NCBI GenBank assembly: GCA_946965045.2
Contig: OX337241.1
Coordinates: 62,001-126,000, forward strand
Origin: Epithemia pelagica
Lineage: Eukaryota > Protista > Bacillariophyta
Direction: 5' to 3'
DNA length: 64,000 nucleotides
The notes beneath the pieces were generated by a model. It saw nothing but the letters and a program-made list of their open reading frames with translations, was not told where the DNA came from and did not search any database. Position 1 is the first letter of the stretch; each line of letters begins with the position of its first letter. Positions 43,505-55,478 of this stretch are shown piece after piece. The position numbers were made by a program, and so were the translations under genes.

Positions 43505-43549
<45 letters not shown>
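43505..43549. repeat. (CT)22 microsatellite
   Basis: Direct reading of the sequence. Confidence 0.92.
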
Positions 43550-43552
<3 letters not shown>

Positions 43553-43581
43553 TCGACGACACCCGATCCCAACGGCGCGGT

Positions 43582-45846
43582 TCAATCCACCACCAACACT
43601 GCATGAGGCCGGTTCAGGTTATTGTTCTTTTTCTTTTTGCCATGGGCGAACCAGGAACCAACCAGAGAGTCCTGCTGCCTGCTCATCATTGGATGATGAT
43701 GATTGTTGTTGTTGTTGTTGTTGTGGAACGACAGAGAATGATCCAGGCTCGTCGTCTTGTCCTTTTTGCCCTGCGAGTTTGGGTTCCACCACCACTTGTT
43801 GGAGTGACGTTGCTGCTGCTGCTGTGGCTCGGTTTGGAGCACCATCATTCTTGGATTACGGGACGAAGAATCGTACTCGGGCAAGGACCAGGTCAGGTCT
43901 GTCGAGTCTTTTTTGGGCGGCAACTCGTGAAGCACTCGCAACAGGGCTTGTTTGTTGTGGGCCGTGACATCCTCCTCTTGTTGCAACCGATCCAAGACAA
44001 TATTGCGCAGATTGCGCGACAAGGCTCGATCCAAGGCTTGCACGTGCGATTGTTCGACACCAAACGTGTCCAACAACCAGGACCAACCCCAGGGAGGATC
44101 CTGGTTCGTACGAGTGTTGTCCTTGTTGTTGTTCTTGTCCTTATTTGAATGGCGATTGCCTCGTCGTTTCCCACCCATGGCACTCATACTCCTCACCGAC
44201 GACGACGCCAGTGTCATGGCCCGAACGACTGCCACCTGTGCTGCTGTACCCGATTGCATACGTGACCAACATTGAAATTGCACAAATTCACAGGGTGGCA
44301 ATTGTCGGACCACTTGCGACCGAGAAAGAAGAGTCGTTTTTGTACTTTTGCCATGACTGCTGCTAGTTGGAGGATTCTCGGACGAAAAGGACCACGACAA
44401 TGATAGTGGTTCAGCATCCGTTTCGTCTCCCCGGACACGATCTATATTGCTGCTTCTTGTGCTGCTGCTGGTCGGTAAATGATGCGGCCAGGTTCCCACG
44501 CCATATCCAATGGTAAAGGCACCCGTCGGACACGTGGTCAAGTACGAGGCTGTGGAAGGAACAATCCGGGAGTCGACGGAATGAGGCTTGTCGTCGTCGT
44601 CCTCTAGATCACGTTCCGGATGGGCATGTGTCGGAGGTCGTTTCTTGGCATAATTCCAAACGTGAAAGCGACCAGTAGCACTCGAGGGATGAAGATTCTC
44701 CGGTGAGTCCATTTTGTTCTTCTTGTTCTTTTTACCGGTGTGCTGTTGTTGCTGGTAATGGTGGTTGTTTGGATGCGACCCGTCGTGCTGCCAGACCAAG
44801 ACTTGGGGAGCACACCAATAGCGATAATCGCGGAGTCGTCGATGGGATGATGCTGCGTGATCAGGATGGCTCTTGCTCTTGCGACTACTGGTACTGCTAC
44901 TCGTACGTTGGCCCAAGGACTGCCAGGCGTCTTTTTGAATCGTGTCGACCCAATTGTACGAAATGGCCTGGTCGGCCTCCAAGACCGTTTCCAACACAAT
45001 GCTGACTGTGCCATTGTCCCGTGTCGCGTGCTGCCAGAGATCCGTAATGCTGGCACGACTGCCATGAACAATACTCGATGCGGGCAATCCTCGGGAATAC
45101 CAAAGATCCGATTGTGGTGATGGTGGTTGGTTCATCTTTTGAGTGGATGGCGGTTGTGGCGAATCATGCTGGAGGGATGCTTCCAAACTCATTGTAGTGG
45201 TGCTGGTGATTCCGTCATTACGAGGTTGATAAAAGGACGATCGAAGGGGAGGAATGTCGGCGACTCGGGACGCCACGACGACGATTTGGGGATACTTTTG
45301 CGGCTGTGGTTGCGTTTGTTGTTTGTGGTGTTGGTGGTGGTCTTGCAACAGTGTCACGAGTCGTTGCGTCCAGTCCCGTGGTGTCGCCGGATCGATCCAA
45401 ATTATCCAAGTAACATTGGCATTGGATTGCTGTAAGACACTGGGAAGCGTCCATGTTTGAAACACGTGAAATTGAGCCCGCGCCAAATGCTCCAACTCCT
45501 GTGTGGCGGTTTCGTGGTGCCACAAGCGAGTATGAAGGACATGGACGAGTTGCGTTGACAATGTTGCGGGAGACACCACGGATTGGGACGACGACACGAG
45601 TACTGGTGCCGGCAACAGCTGCTGCAGGGACTGGAACCGGACGCTCCAACGCAAAACGACACCCATGTGAAGGACCAAACCCAGGAGACTCAACAACCAA
45701 ACAAGGAGACAGGTTACTCGTCGTCGTCGTTGCAACAGGGTCAACCACCCAGGATTTTGGGAAAGTGATGATGCAGCGGGACTGATAATGTGACGACGAC
45801 CACGACAGTGACGAGTAGTACGACGAGGAGACGATAGGATCGTCAT
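43582..45846 (-). CDS. Type II membrane protein, putative rhamnosyltransferase-like (GT-A) family
   Basis: N-terminal TM (VTCLLVWLLSLLGLVLHMGVVL), then F.TWTLPSVLQQSNANVTWIIWIDP, resembling the F...LPSL..QT..DF.W...D signature, and TVLEADQAI at the DxD position. Confidence 0.6.
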   Translation of the reverse strand: MTILSSPRRTTRHCRGRRHIISPAASSLSQNPGWLTLLQRRRRVTCLLVWLLSLLGLVLHMGVVLRWSVRFQSLQQLLPAPVLVSSSQSVVSPATLSTQLVHVLHTRLWHHETATQELEHLARAQFHVFQTWTLPSVLQQSNANVTWIIWIDPATPRDWTQRLVTLLQDHHQHHKQQTQPQPQKYPQIVVVASRVADIPPLRSSFYQPRNDGITSTTTMSLEASLQHDSPQPPSTQKMNQPPSPQSDLWYSRGLPASSIVHGSRASITDLWQHATRDNGTVSIVLETVLEADQAISYNWVDTIQKDAWQSLGQRTSSSTSSRKSKSHPDHAASSHRRLRDYRYWCAPQVLVWQHDGSHPNNHHYQQQQHTGKKNKKNKMDSPENLHPSSATGRFHVWNYAKKRPPTHAHPERDLEDDDDKPHSVDSRIVPSTASYLTTCPTGAFTIGYGVGTWPHHLPTSSSTRSSNIDRVRGDETDAEPLSLSWSFSSENPPTSSSHGKSTKTTLLSRSQVVRQLPPCEFVQFQCWSRMQSGTAAQVAVVRAMTLASSSVRSMSAMGGKRRGNRHSNKDKNNNKDNTRTNQDPPWGWSWLLDTFGVEQSHVQALDRALSRNLRNIVLDRLQQEEDVTAHNKQALLRVLHELPPKKDSTDLTWSLPEYDSSSRNPRMMVLQTEPQQQQQRHSNKWWWNPNSQGKKDKTTSLDHSLSFHNNNNNNNHHHPMMSRQQDSLVGSWFAHGKKKKNNNLNRPHAVLVVD

Positions 45847-46332
45847 GCTCTTGCTGCTGCTGATAATGAGGATGATGATCGGTACTGCTTCTCGTTGTTG
45901 TGAAAAGACTTCACAAACAATACAACCCAAAAATTATGACAACAAAAACGACCAGGTATATCACACATTCTAGGGAGAAAAGATACCTTTCGTTTTGTTC
46001 TGTTCTACTTAAATAGATCGCACACATGAAGAGAGCGTAATACTAAGGCTACTCTAGGGGAGGAGGCGCATTGGCGGAGAGGGTAGCGCCATAGTGCTCG
46101 GACTCGGATACCCCGTGACTCCACAGGACCCCCGTCTTGCAGTCGATCGTGCGTGTTTGGTCACACATCCCCATGACTCAAACTACGAGTAGTACTATAT
46201 AGAGCCAAAGACACAGGAAACCTAGTACTCCTAGCCGAAAAACCCAAGCAAAAGCCCGAGACTGTCTCGGATCATTGTTCTCGCTGCGACGAGTGCAATG
46301 TTAGTGTCTTGGTGGTGGTACTATTCGCACTT

Positions 46333-48042
46333 CTATATTCCGTTATGCTTCCTCCCCCACCATGGAACCAACGAAGGACGACAAAACCTAACTCGACTTT
46401 GCAGATGCCGTCGTTCTCGTCGGTATTGCCGTTCTTGGCGTTGTTCTTGTCGGTGACACTGTCGACACGGACATGGCGGTGGTGGCTTCCACTCGGAATC
46501 CAAGTAGTCTGGAGGCGGTGGACCGGGATACATGGCACCCGGTACGATGTAATTGGTCCCATAGGCTTGGTTCCACAATCGACACGTTTCGTCAAAGGCT
46601 TGGTCCAGTGACGAAATTGACGAAGACGAGGATGATTGGGTAGTAGTGTTGCGATCGTCCTTGGTTTCATTCCTTTCTTCTTCTTCTTTGGGAATGGATT
46701 CGTCTTCTCTGGCTTTTCGCGGCTCTGTTTCTGCTTCTTCTTTTGGTGCGGTCGCATTCCGATCATCTCCCATGGCATCGTCATGAAAAAACCATTCTCC
46801 ACGAATCGCCATGCAATCGTCCCGATACTCTTGATTCGACAGCAACATGTGGGTATGCCAGATCCAATCGATTGCAATGGTGGGTACCAATGGCAAGCCT
46901 GCTGTTCCTTGCGGCAAGGCCAGAAATTGAAAATACCGATTCACGGCTTGCTCCAAAAACCAATGATGATTGTCCTTGTCCAGGGATTGCAAAAAGAGCG
47001 GTTGGGACAGCGTCCACAACATTGTAGCTTGTCGACGTGCAGCCGCCATGGCATGGTATCCATGACCAATCTCCAAAGACTGGCCCGTCAATGTATGAGC
47101 AATAGGATGAACGACAGTAGTAGTGTTCATGTTGCCATGATTGTCATTCTGTTCATTCATGGTTGTGCCGTCTTGGTCCGCGTTGCTGTTGCTGCAGCAT
47201 TCGTATTCTTGTGGTTCTTCTTGTTGTGCTTGTGATGATGAAGGAATTAGAAAAAAGGGTTGCGTGGGATAGTGTTCCTGCCACAACTCTTGTGTGTCAA
47301 ATACGGGGTCCTCCTCTGTACAAAACTCAAAGGGACGGGTGCATTCCAACACGCGGCCAAATCGTTCGAGGCAATAGGCTTGATATCGAAGCGGTGCCAA
47401 TCGATGACAATGCCACAACCAGGCAATGTCGGGTGGAGGAATCAACTTGTTTCGTGTGGATACTGTAGTCGATGTCGTAGTGGCTCTTGGAACAGTAGCG
47501 TTCGGCGTTTGGTCCTTCATCTGCAGTTTCCCTTGTTGGTTGTTCTTGTTCTTCTTTGGAACATCCTGCTCCGTGTCGTTGGGAAAGACGACATGGGGTA
47601 TTCTTGGTCGTGTTTCGTCCCGTTTCACTGTCTGCTGCGGGTCGTTGTTGTTGTTGTGGACGTTTGTGGCTGCCTCCGCCACGAGGGGCAACCAGAGGTG
47701 AAGATAGCGATCGAGTTGAACTGGTGTGGATGGTTGCAAGGTGACATTGAGGGCATGCAAGCGTTGCAAAAACCAATAGTGGTGTCGTGCCGAGTCCATC
47801 AAGTGCTGTGCATAGTCCGAATGCCAAGCACTCGGACGTTTCGTCGGACTCTTCTTGTTGTTGTTCTTTTGTTTGGTCAGGTCATTGTCTTTTTTCTTTA
47901 GTGGTTCTTCTCGAGTCTTGTGATTGTTGTTATTGTTGTGCTTCGTGTGCTTCTTCTTCTTGTGATGGTTGGTCGTTGTCGTCTGCTGCTGCTGCTGCTG
48001 ATCCACGACAAAGTCGTCCGTGTTGTCGCTCAGGACTGCCAT
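46333..48042 (-). CDS. GRDP-like/DUF1399 protein, divergent copy D
   Basis: LDRYLHLWLPLV, IPPPDIAWLWHCHRLAPLRYQAYC and LVPTIAIDWIWHTHML. ATG at 48042. Confidence 0.87.
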   Translation of the reverse strand: MAVLSDNTDDFVVDQQQQQQTTTTNHHKKKKHTKHNNNNNHKTREEPLKKKDNDLTKQKNNNKKSPTKRPSAWHSDYAQHLMDSARHHYWFLQRLHALNVTLQPSTPVQLDRYLHLWLPLVAEAATNVHNNNNDPQQTVKRDETRPRIPHVVFPNDTEQDVPKKNKNNQQGKLQMKDQTPNATVPRATTTSTTVSTRNKLIPPPDIAWLWHCHRLAPLRYQAYCLERFGRVLECTRPFEFCTEEDPVFDTQELWQEHYPTQPFFLIPSSSQAQQEEPQEYECCSNSNADQDGTTMNEQNDNHGNMNTTTVVHPIAHTLTGQSLEIGHGYHAMAAARRQATMLWTLSQPLFLQSLDKDNHHWFLEQAVNRYFQFLALPQGTAGLPLVPTIAIDWIWHTHMLLSNQEYRDDCMAIRGEWFFHDDAMGDDRNATAPKEEAETEPRKAREDESIPKEEEERNETKDDRNTTTQSSSSSSISSLDQAFDETCRLWNQAYGTNYIVPGAMYPGPPPPDYLDSEWKPPPPCPCRQCHRQEQRQERQYRRERRHLQSRVRFCRPSLVPWWGRKHNGI

Positions 48043-49676
48043 GATGATAATGATATGGATGATTCCGATCACACTGTGTGTTGTTGTGGTTGTGTTTTCT
48101 TCTCGTCCAATGTTGTGCTTATGGAACAAGCTTGAGGGAAAGGATTTCGTCGTTTGATTTTCTTCGTGTATTTGTGTGCTTCTTCAATTCTGTCTTGACC
48201 TCGCTTCCAGCTTCCGTGTGTGTTTTTGTGTTCTTCCGAATGGAACTTTGGCACAGTTTCTCATCGTTCTGATGTTGAGGGAGAATAACGTCAATGTGTT
48301 ACGTTAACGAGTCGAGGACGCTCGATTCTGCGATTACGGTTCCCCCAGCATAAGTGGGGTTGCCACAAGAATTCCCCCACCCTACCACGAGAGAGCGATC
48401 CAGAGAAGTGGCTTGCGCACAAGGGAAGATGTCTTAGGGAAGCGTTTCCATAAGTCTCCACGTCATTCAATTCTTGATGTGACATCAAAATATGTCTGAT
48501 CCTTTACTCCGGCACTAACCACTGACCATCCCAAAGCACAGCCTTTTCGGCTGTCATAAGGGATGGGACCATGGGACATGAGACGTCCAAACGAAAAAAG
48601 GAACTTGTACCATACTTACTATTCTTCTTCTTCTTCTTCAGAGACTCAACGCATCATCTAAGATATGTGCGTTGGACTTCCAGGGCAGAGCATGGCACAA
48701 CATGCTGAAGAGGAACAAGCTGTACAGGCATTTCCACACCAAGCGAAAGTACTCTGCACATAACCTGCGTTGGTTCGCTTCGCTTGCTTCCTGATTCAGC
48801 CATGTTTCGTCCATCCTTCTTGTTGGTTGGTACTTTGGTCGTTTGGGTAACCTTATTGCCCTGTCTGCTTGTCGAAGCTCAGGATAACAGTCAGTTCGAC
48901 TTTTACGTTGCGGGCGATCAAGGGGGGACTGATTCTATTTATGGATAGTCCGAAGAAAGCAATGAAGCCAGTCGTTTATACACGGTGGACCGGCTTCTTT
49001 CGGAAACAGAATTGTCGTGCGATTCCCCGCCATCGATTCGTGGAATAGAGAGACAAGACAAGACATTGTTCGTCCTATTACGGTCTCCTTCGACTGCAAC
49101 TGGTGTTTGTGATTTCCTCACTGCCGTAATTAAGATCAACCTCGAAACCAGCGATGCCAGTATCATTACTTTTTCGTCATGAGGATTGCCGTTTCTTGGC
49201 CAGGATGCTCGACACAATTCAACCGAAAGCCAACACGGTTTCTGGTCTTCGTCCTGGACTGGGTGGACGAGAGAATGGGAGGCAAGAAAGACCATAACTT
49301 GCAATTTCCGAGGAGAAGAATACAAGAGACAAACGAAGGGGCGTACAGCGCAGTGCACACAGAACCAGAACAGGCCAGTGTCGTTTTGCTTCCGAATCGC
49401 GCTGCAGGAGCGCCAAACGACCTAGCAAAATCGATCGAATGGGCGGTCCTACGGTAGTTTCCATCCCCACTGCTGTTTGGAATTCTATCGTGACTCGTCA
49501 TTTAATCGACAATGGTGGAAATCGATCCATTCGTCTATAGAAACTCGTTTCGTTTTCTATGATACTACGAATCACGCAAAATACCTCTCCAAGAAAGGAC
49601 AGGTTCGTATAGAGTTTAACTGTTGGGATTGTGGTTTCCCGTGAAGTGTCCCCACATGTGGAATGAGAGAAACGCA

Positions 49677-51804
49677 CTAAAATCTGCCTCGCCCACGACC
49701 TCGTCCACCACCACCCCCTCGTCCTCCTCCGCCATAATAGGATCCTCCTCGACCACCACTCATGTATCCCCGTCCACCTCCACCACTGGCCCCATTCATG
49801 TAACTGCGTCCTCCTCGACCACCACGTCCATAGTATCCTCCTCCTCTTGCTCCTCCTCGACCACCACCTCCTCTGGGTCGCGGCACCATGGCTTGCAATT
49901 CGGGCGGAATGACTTGTTCGGCCTTTTCCAAGACTTGGACCAATTTGGCCGCCGCCTTTTTATCGCCATGGGTAAAAAAGGTGAGGGCCCGTCCCTTGGC
50001 TCCGGCCCGACCGGTGCGACCAATGCGATGAATGTAATCTTCGACAGCATTGACACCGGCGGGCATGTCATAATTCACCACGGCCGCGACATCCTTGACA
50101 TCCAACCCGCGAGCGGCCACGTCGGTGGCAATCAAGAGCAACAATTGACCCCGCTTAAAGGCTTGCATGACCTTGGTGCGTTCCCATTGGGGACGATCGC
50201 CGTGCAAGGAATCGACGGCAAAGCCTTGCTCCCACAATTGATTGGCCAAGTCGTGACAAGAAATCTTTTTGGCCACAAAGACAATCACCTTGGCATGCGC
50301 CTTGCCACCACCCACAGGTTGGACTGTAGTAGTACCATTGCGGTGGTGGTTGCCATTCTTTGTGTCACTTGTGTTCTTGTCGTCCTTCTCGTCGTCTGGA
50401 CCCTTGTTCTTGTCGTCGTCCATGAGTTGTTGGAGAAATTCCGTCAACTTGTCATATTTTTCCTCTTCCCGACACACGGTCACGACTTGTTCAATATCCT
50501 TATTGGCCACCAAGGCATTGACTTCACCGACATTGATTTGAATGGGATTGGTCAAAAAGTCGTGTGCCAGGGTTTGAATTTCCCGTGGCCACGTGGCGGA
50601 AAACAACAAGGTTTGTCGTGTTCCCGTGGCGGGCAAGTGTTGCACAATGGATCGAATTTGCGGTTCAAAGCCCATATCCAGCATGCGATCGGCTTCGTCC
50701 AAGACCAAGAATTGAATCTGGCTCAAATTGACCACATTGCGCATGGTCAAAAAGTCATTGAGACGTCCCGGCGTGGCAATGACAATTTCGACACCCCGTT
50801 TCAGGGCCGCCATTTGCGGCGTTTTGGACGAGCCGCCATAACAACAGACGGTGCGAATGCCGAGGGGACGACCAAATTTAATAGCCTCCTCCATGATTTG
50901 GACCGACAATTCCCGCGTCGGGGCCAAGACCAACAAGACGGGATCGCAAAAGCCCTGCCGCGAGTCCTTGCGTTGTTGGACTTGCTGCAAATGCTGATGA
51001 AAGGCCGGTAACAAAAACCCACACGTCTTACCTGTAAAGAGTTGTACAGAAAAAATCGCAACACCAAAAACAAACACAAAACAGTGAGAATTCGGAACGT
51101 TGCGGTCGCAAATCCAACAACCAATCAAACGGTACGCCGCCATGGTCCACGAATGACTTTCTCTCGGAGAGAGAAAGAAAAGGTGTTTGTCGTTGGACCG
51201 TCGGGAGATGGTTGTCATATCGTTTGTTTTGTCGATACATTTTTTTCTCTATAGATAGTAGATACGTACCGGATCCGGTCTTGGCAATGCAAATCATGTC
51301 CTTGTGTTGCAAGGCAATGGGCCAGGCTTGGGATTGAATGGCCGTGGGATGCGAAAAGCCAGCCTGCACAAAGGCTTGTTGAATACGTTCGGCAAAGGGT
51401 GCGTGTCGAAATTCCCGAAACGGAGCCGGAAAGTCGGTCGTGGACGCCTGATCGCCATGACCCCGAATGGTAATGTGATGTTCGCGACGCCATTCGTCCG
51501 GCGACAATTCCCTCTTTTCGTCGTCGTCATTGACGGTTGGTGTTTCTCGTGCTGCTTCGTCTTCGGTCTTGTCCATGGACCGTGTCCGACGACGCGGTTT
51601 GCCGTCGGCATCGTGTTCTTGTTGCTTGTGTTTGTTCTCCAATCGTTCGATATCTTCATTGGAAAAGGTTCGCAATCGCTTGGTTTCTCGTTCGTGTTCG
51701 GCATCTTGTTCCAATGGAGTTTCGCGACGACGCCGCGACGATTTAGACGACGATGAGTCGCCATTCTTGGGTTTGGACGACGATGACTTGGACGATTTGC
51801 CCAT
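49677..51804 (-). CDS. DEAD-box ATP-dependent RNA helicase (DDX5/DBP2-like) with RGG tail; one intron
   Basis: Q-motif, AKTGSG|KT split by the intron at 51269-51032 (GTACGT...TTTACAG, phase 1), PTREL, TPGR, DEAD, SAT, HGDR.Q.ER, ARGLD, HRIGRTGRAG, and a G/R/Y-rich C-terminus. Confidence 0.95.
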
Positions 51805-52226
51805 GATGCTGTGAATTCAAAGAAGGATTCTGTCTTGTTGTTGTTGATTCACCCGCAACACAATCTTCCATACACAAAGCCCTTTTGTTTGTGGTTTGTA
51901 TCTCAACCAACGAACAAAAAAGAGAGAAGGAATGGGTCGGCCGATGAAACCTAGAAACTGGAGATGTTGGTGGGAATTGGTGGTCGTCGCGCTCTCATCA
52001 CTCCTCATCGCGGTTGATTGCAGACGCGCTGTGGAGGTGCGTGTGGGGCGAAGAATCTTCAGATCCAGTCGCGGACGGTCGCACAAATTGCGTTTCTCGA
52101 TCTGTATCCATGAGAGAGAGAGACAGAGATTGGACTCGAGAAGAATAACGTATATTATTCTAGACACTGTTAACTCTCTAGGTGCAAATAAGTATGATTG
52201 GTTCCTTTGCGGTCGACGCTTTTTTG

Positions 52227-53717
52227 TTATCGGTCCGACGAGGGCATGCGGGTCGTTGTCGTTTGCGTGTTGGATGACGACTCGTTTGGGGCCGTCCCAG
52301 TGCCTTTGGGTGCCGTCGTCGTCGTGTCGGGTTCCAGTGGTTCTGACGCCGCAGTATTTGATGTGTTGACCGCCGCAAAGGGTCGTTCATCGGCCAGGGC
52401 CGTCTTCCAGACGCGTTGGACACAGGCCTTGGCCTGTCGAACGGGAAACAAATTTTGCGTCGCACAGAGGGCCCGTTCTTGGACGCACCATTCCGTTTGT
52501 CGTTGTTGCACACTGGCCCAGGACTCGGGATCCAACCAATAGGACCACTTGTTATTTGGGGGGTTGTTGTGATTGTTGTGAGTGTGTTTGGTTGGTAACC
52601 GACACTCGGCTTCGCGAGCGGCGCGGACTTCACTGTAGGCCAAGGTTTCACAATCGCGCAAATCCAATTGCAAGTGTCGGACATCAAAAATGTGGACCAA
52701 TTCGTGTGTGACAATTTCGTCCATTTCCGCCACGGCGGCCGCCGCCAAGGGTGAGGACGACACGACGGGTGGTGATTGCGGTGATGGTGCTGGTGATTGT
52801 TGCGCTTGTTGCTGTACTTGTTGTTGTTGCGCTTGCGCTTGCGCCTGTCGTGCTTGTTGTTGTTGTTGCTGTTGCTGCTGTTGTTCTTGTTCGACCCGTT
52901 CCAAGACGGACGTAGGAAGGCGTTGTCGCAATCGATTGGCACAAATGACCACTTCCAGGGGCTGGGGACCATTGACATAGGCTCGGGCTTGTCCCTGTGG
53001 TCCCGTCGTGGGACAAATTTGACACGACATGTTCATCCATTCGTACAAAGTATTAGTATGATTGTGTAAGTTGGACGTGTCGTCCTTGGTTGCCAAAGGT
53101 GTTGCTTCCAGTGGTGTTTGTTGCTGCGACGGCGGCGGCAAGGCCGAAGACGAAGCGAGAGGAATGTCCTGCTCGAATAACAAGGATGGGGAAGAACCAC
53201 TGTTGGACGTGGCCTGGACCAGGGGTGGAGTGGATGTTGTGGAAGTGGTGCCATTGTCCTTATTGTTGTCGTTCTTGTTGTTGGGATTGGAATCCACTCC
53301 TCCTCCTGCTACAGATGTGGTGGTGGTGCGGGTGGTCATTTCAAACCATTTGCGTCGTTGCCCACTGGCCAAGGGTGGGCGACTTTCTTCGGTCGGAATG
53401 GGCACTTGAATGCCCAACGGGGTCCGGCGCCAGGGCCGTACGATTGGCGGGGTGTTTGTGCTGAGCGTGGCCGTGGTGGACAAGACGGGGGATTCTTCTT
53501 CTTCGTGTGCCGGTGCTGGTTGTGGTTGTACTTGCTGTTGCAATGACTCATCCTCCTCATTGCGCATCATCATGCTCGTCAATAACCGATACGGCCTCGA
53601 ATCGGTTTGTTGCAACACTTGTTGCAACAAGATGCGACACGAACGACAGGCCGGATTCTCTTCCACCTCGTTGCCGCCTGCGGATGGTGTCGGTTCGGAT
53701 TGGGAAGCCTCCGACAT
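52227..53717 (-). CDS. ATP23: Mitochondrial inner-membrane metalloprotease ATP23 (peptidase M76)
   Basis: VVICANRL...THELVHIFD....LDLRDCETLAYSEVRAA..AEC...CV..RAL.A...FP. HExxH motif present. Start placed at MSEAS. Confidence 0.85.
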   Translation of the reverse strand: MSEASQSEPTPSAGGNEVEENPACRSCRILLQQVLQQTDSRPYRLLTSMMMRNEEDESLQQQVQPQPAPAHEEEESPVLSTTATLSTNTPPIVRPWRRTPLGIQVPIPTEESRPPLASGQRRKWFEMTTRTTTTSVAGGGVDSNPNNKNDNNKDNGTTSTTSTPPLVQATSNSGSSPSLLFEQDIPLASSSALPPPSQQQTPLEATPLATKDDTSNLHNHTNTLYEWMNMSCQICPTTGPQGQARAYVNGPQPLEVVICANRLRQRLPTSVLERVEQEQQQQQQQQQQARQAQAQAQQQQVQQQAQQSPAPSPQSPPVVSSSPLAAAAVAEMDEIVTHELVHIFDVRHLQLDLRDCETLAYSEVRAAREAECRLPTKHTHNNHNNPPNNKWSYWLDPESWASVQQRQTEWCVQERALCATQNLFPVRQAKACVQRVWKTALADERPFAAVNTSNTAASEPLEPDTTTTAPKGTGTAPNESSSNTQTTTTRMPSSDR

Positions 53718-54902
53718 GTTGGTATTGGAAACGGAGATTTGAAACAAGAGGTGGGACGGCCACAGAGGTGCTGCTGCTGCGGCCAATCCGGGGATAGGAT
53801 TCTGTTTGGGTTCCAACAAACACCACAATTCACCAATCAGCAGAACTGTCGAAACTAGTTTTTCACACACAATCCGAAATCAATTCACCCAGTAGTAGTA
53901 CGCAATCCAGTTGGTTAACACACTGACAATTGGCACTCTCTCGCTCGTGTCTGTGGTGAGAGAGATGATGCGAGAGCCAAAAACAAAAGTACTATACAAC
54001 ACAGGCGCTTTTTCCAAAATGCACAATGGCAATGGCTGTTTCCCACAATTGCAACAACAACAACAACAACCTTTGCAATCAGAGAGGAGACACTGTCCAC
54101 AACCAGCAACACCCCGAAAGACAAAGACCTGGACGAGGAGGCGAGGGGGAGAAACACGCGAACAGTCATCATCGATCATCGACAATAATCGGTGTGTCAA
54201 ACTGTCAAACCATTGTCATGACGTCACCTTTTGTCTCCTCCTCAGTCCCGAATTCCAATTCGATTATCCGTGTTTGGAAGGCAGCTAGACTAGCTGCAGC
54301 AATACACCAAGTCCTCTACTCTTCATTGGAGTAACTACTCCGGAGTAGTTGCCAATGCCATTCACAAGGACAGAAGGACTCTTTCTGTAATAGTAGACGT
54401 ATGTATGGAAATGGAATGGGCACTTTGTACGAAAAAAGGTCGGTCGTCCATTCTCATCCGTTCCGTTCTCTCGTGACTTGCGCAACAACTGTGAATGGGA
54501 CACCAATCCACATTCGCCCTCCTCCCCGAGACAGAGGAGACTCTCTGTGTTGTGCAATCATCATCTCCCTGGAACGCCCAATCCTGGCGGCCGCTCTCCC
54601 TGTCCTCACTCTATATACTATTCTTATACTCTCTAGTGTGGTTCCATTCCATACTAAAGATAGGAAACAAGACGCATGGAGTTTTGGCGCACACCCTACT
54701 ACAACCTCCAATCCACACCAATTGGAGAGCTCCCAAAGAAGTATACGAATAGAATAAGAAGACGCTACTACCGTGTTTTGGATCCAGCAAGATTTCCAGA
54801 TTTGGAGTCTCGACGAAAGGAGAAGGGTGTTCAAGTCCATACATACCCTTGCTGGTTACTACAACGTGTTTTCCTTCCTTCATGTTTCGTGGTGGGATAC
54901 GC

Positions 54903-55478
54903 TTACACATCTTCGATCCACCGCGCTTCCAATTGTTCCGGGGTAAGCTTTTCTTTGGGCGGCAACCATTTGGAAAGGGAGGGAAATTCCACCTGGCCTT
55001 GCAAAATTTGATACAAGTGATGTTTTTGTTTGTGTTGCAACATGGTTTCTTCCAATTCGTAATAGCCATAATCCACCAAGTGTTGAATAATGCGCGGATC
55101 CTTCAAATGGCCGCGTTCGTAAAAAATACCCCGCACCGCCGCCCGCGCCTCGGCCTCGTCAATGTGCACCAAATCGTAAATCATCAAAATGCGAGGAATT
55201 TCTCTGCGAGTAGACAACGGAACGTAACAAATGAGAGAGAAAAGAAGCAGCCGAGCGAATCGAATCCCAAACAAAAGGACGACACGACATGGTTTCGTGA
55301 GTATTGGTTCACAACGACTGTGCGGTCGAGAACGAGGCATTTCATTTTAAAAGCACATATTGGCAGCGGCGGTTCACCACACATACCTGACGATACGGCG
55401 ATATAACAGGGCTGGACGAGAATTCGCTCCATGCTGCAACGCAACACGAGCTTTGTGTCCCAATTCCAAGGTTGTCAT
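54903..55478 (-). CDS. NDUFA6: Complex I accessory subunit NDUFA6/B14 (LYR-motif protein); one intron
   Basis: Exon 55478-55387 (LLYRRIVR), phase-2 intron 55386-55204, then exon 55203-54903 (EIPRIL.IYDL...FY...H.KDPRII..LV..GY.ELEET..Q.KQ.HH). A GTAAGC at 54906 could indicate a further exon. Confidence 0.85.

Noticed and set aside
49623-51011. 462-aa plus-strand ORF
   Set aside because: Antisense shadow of the DEAD-box helicase exon.
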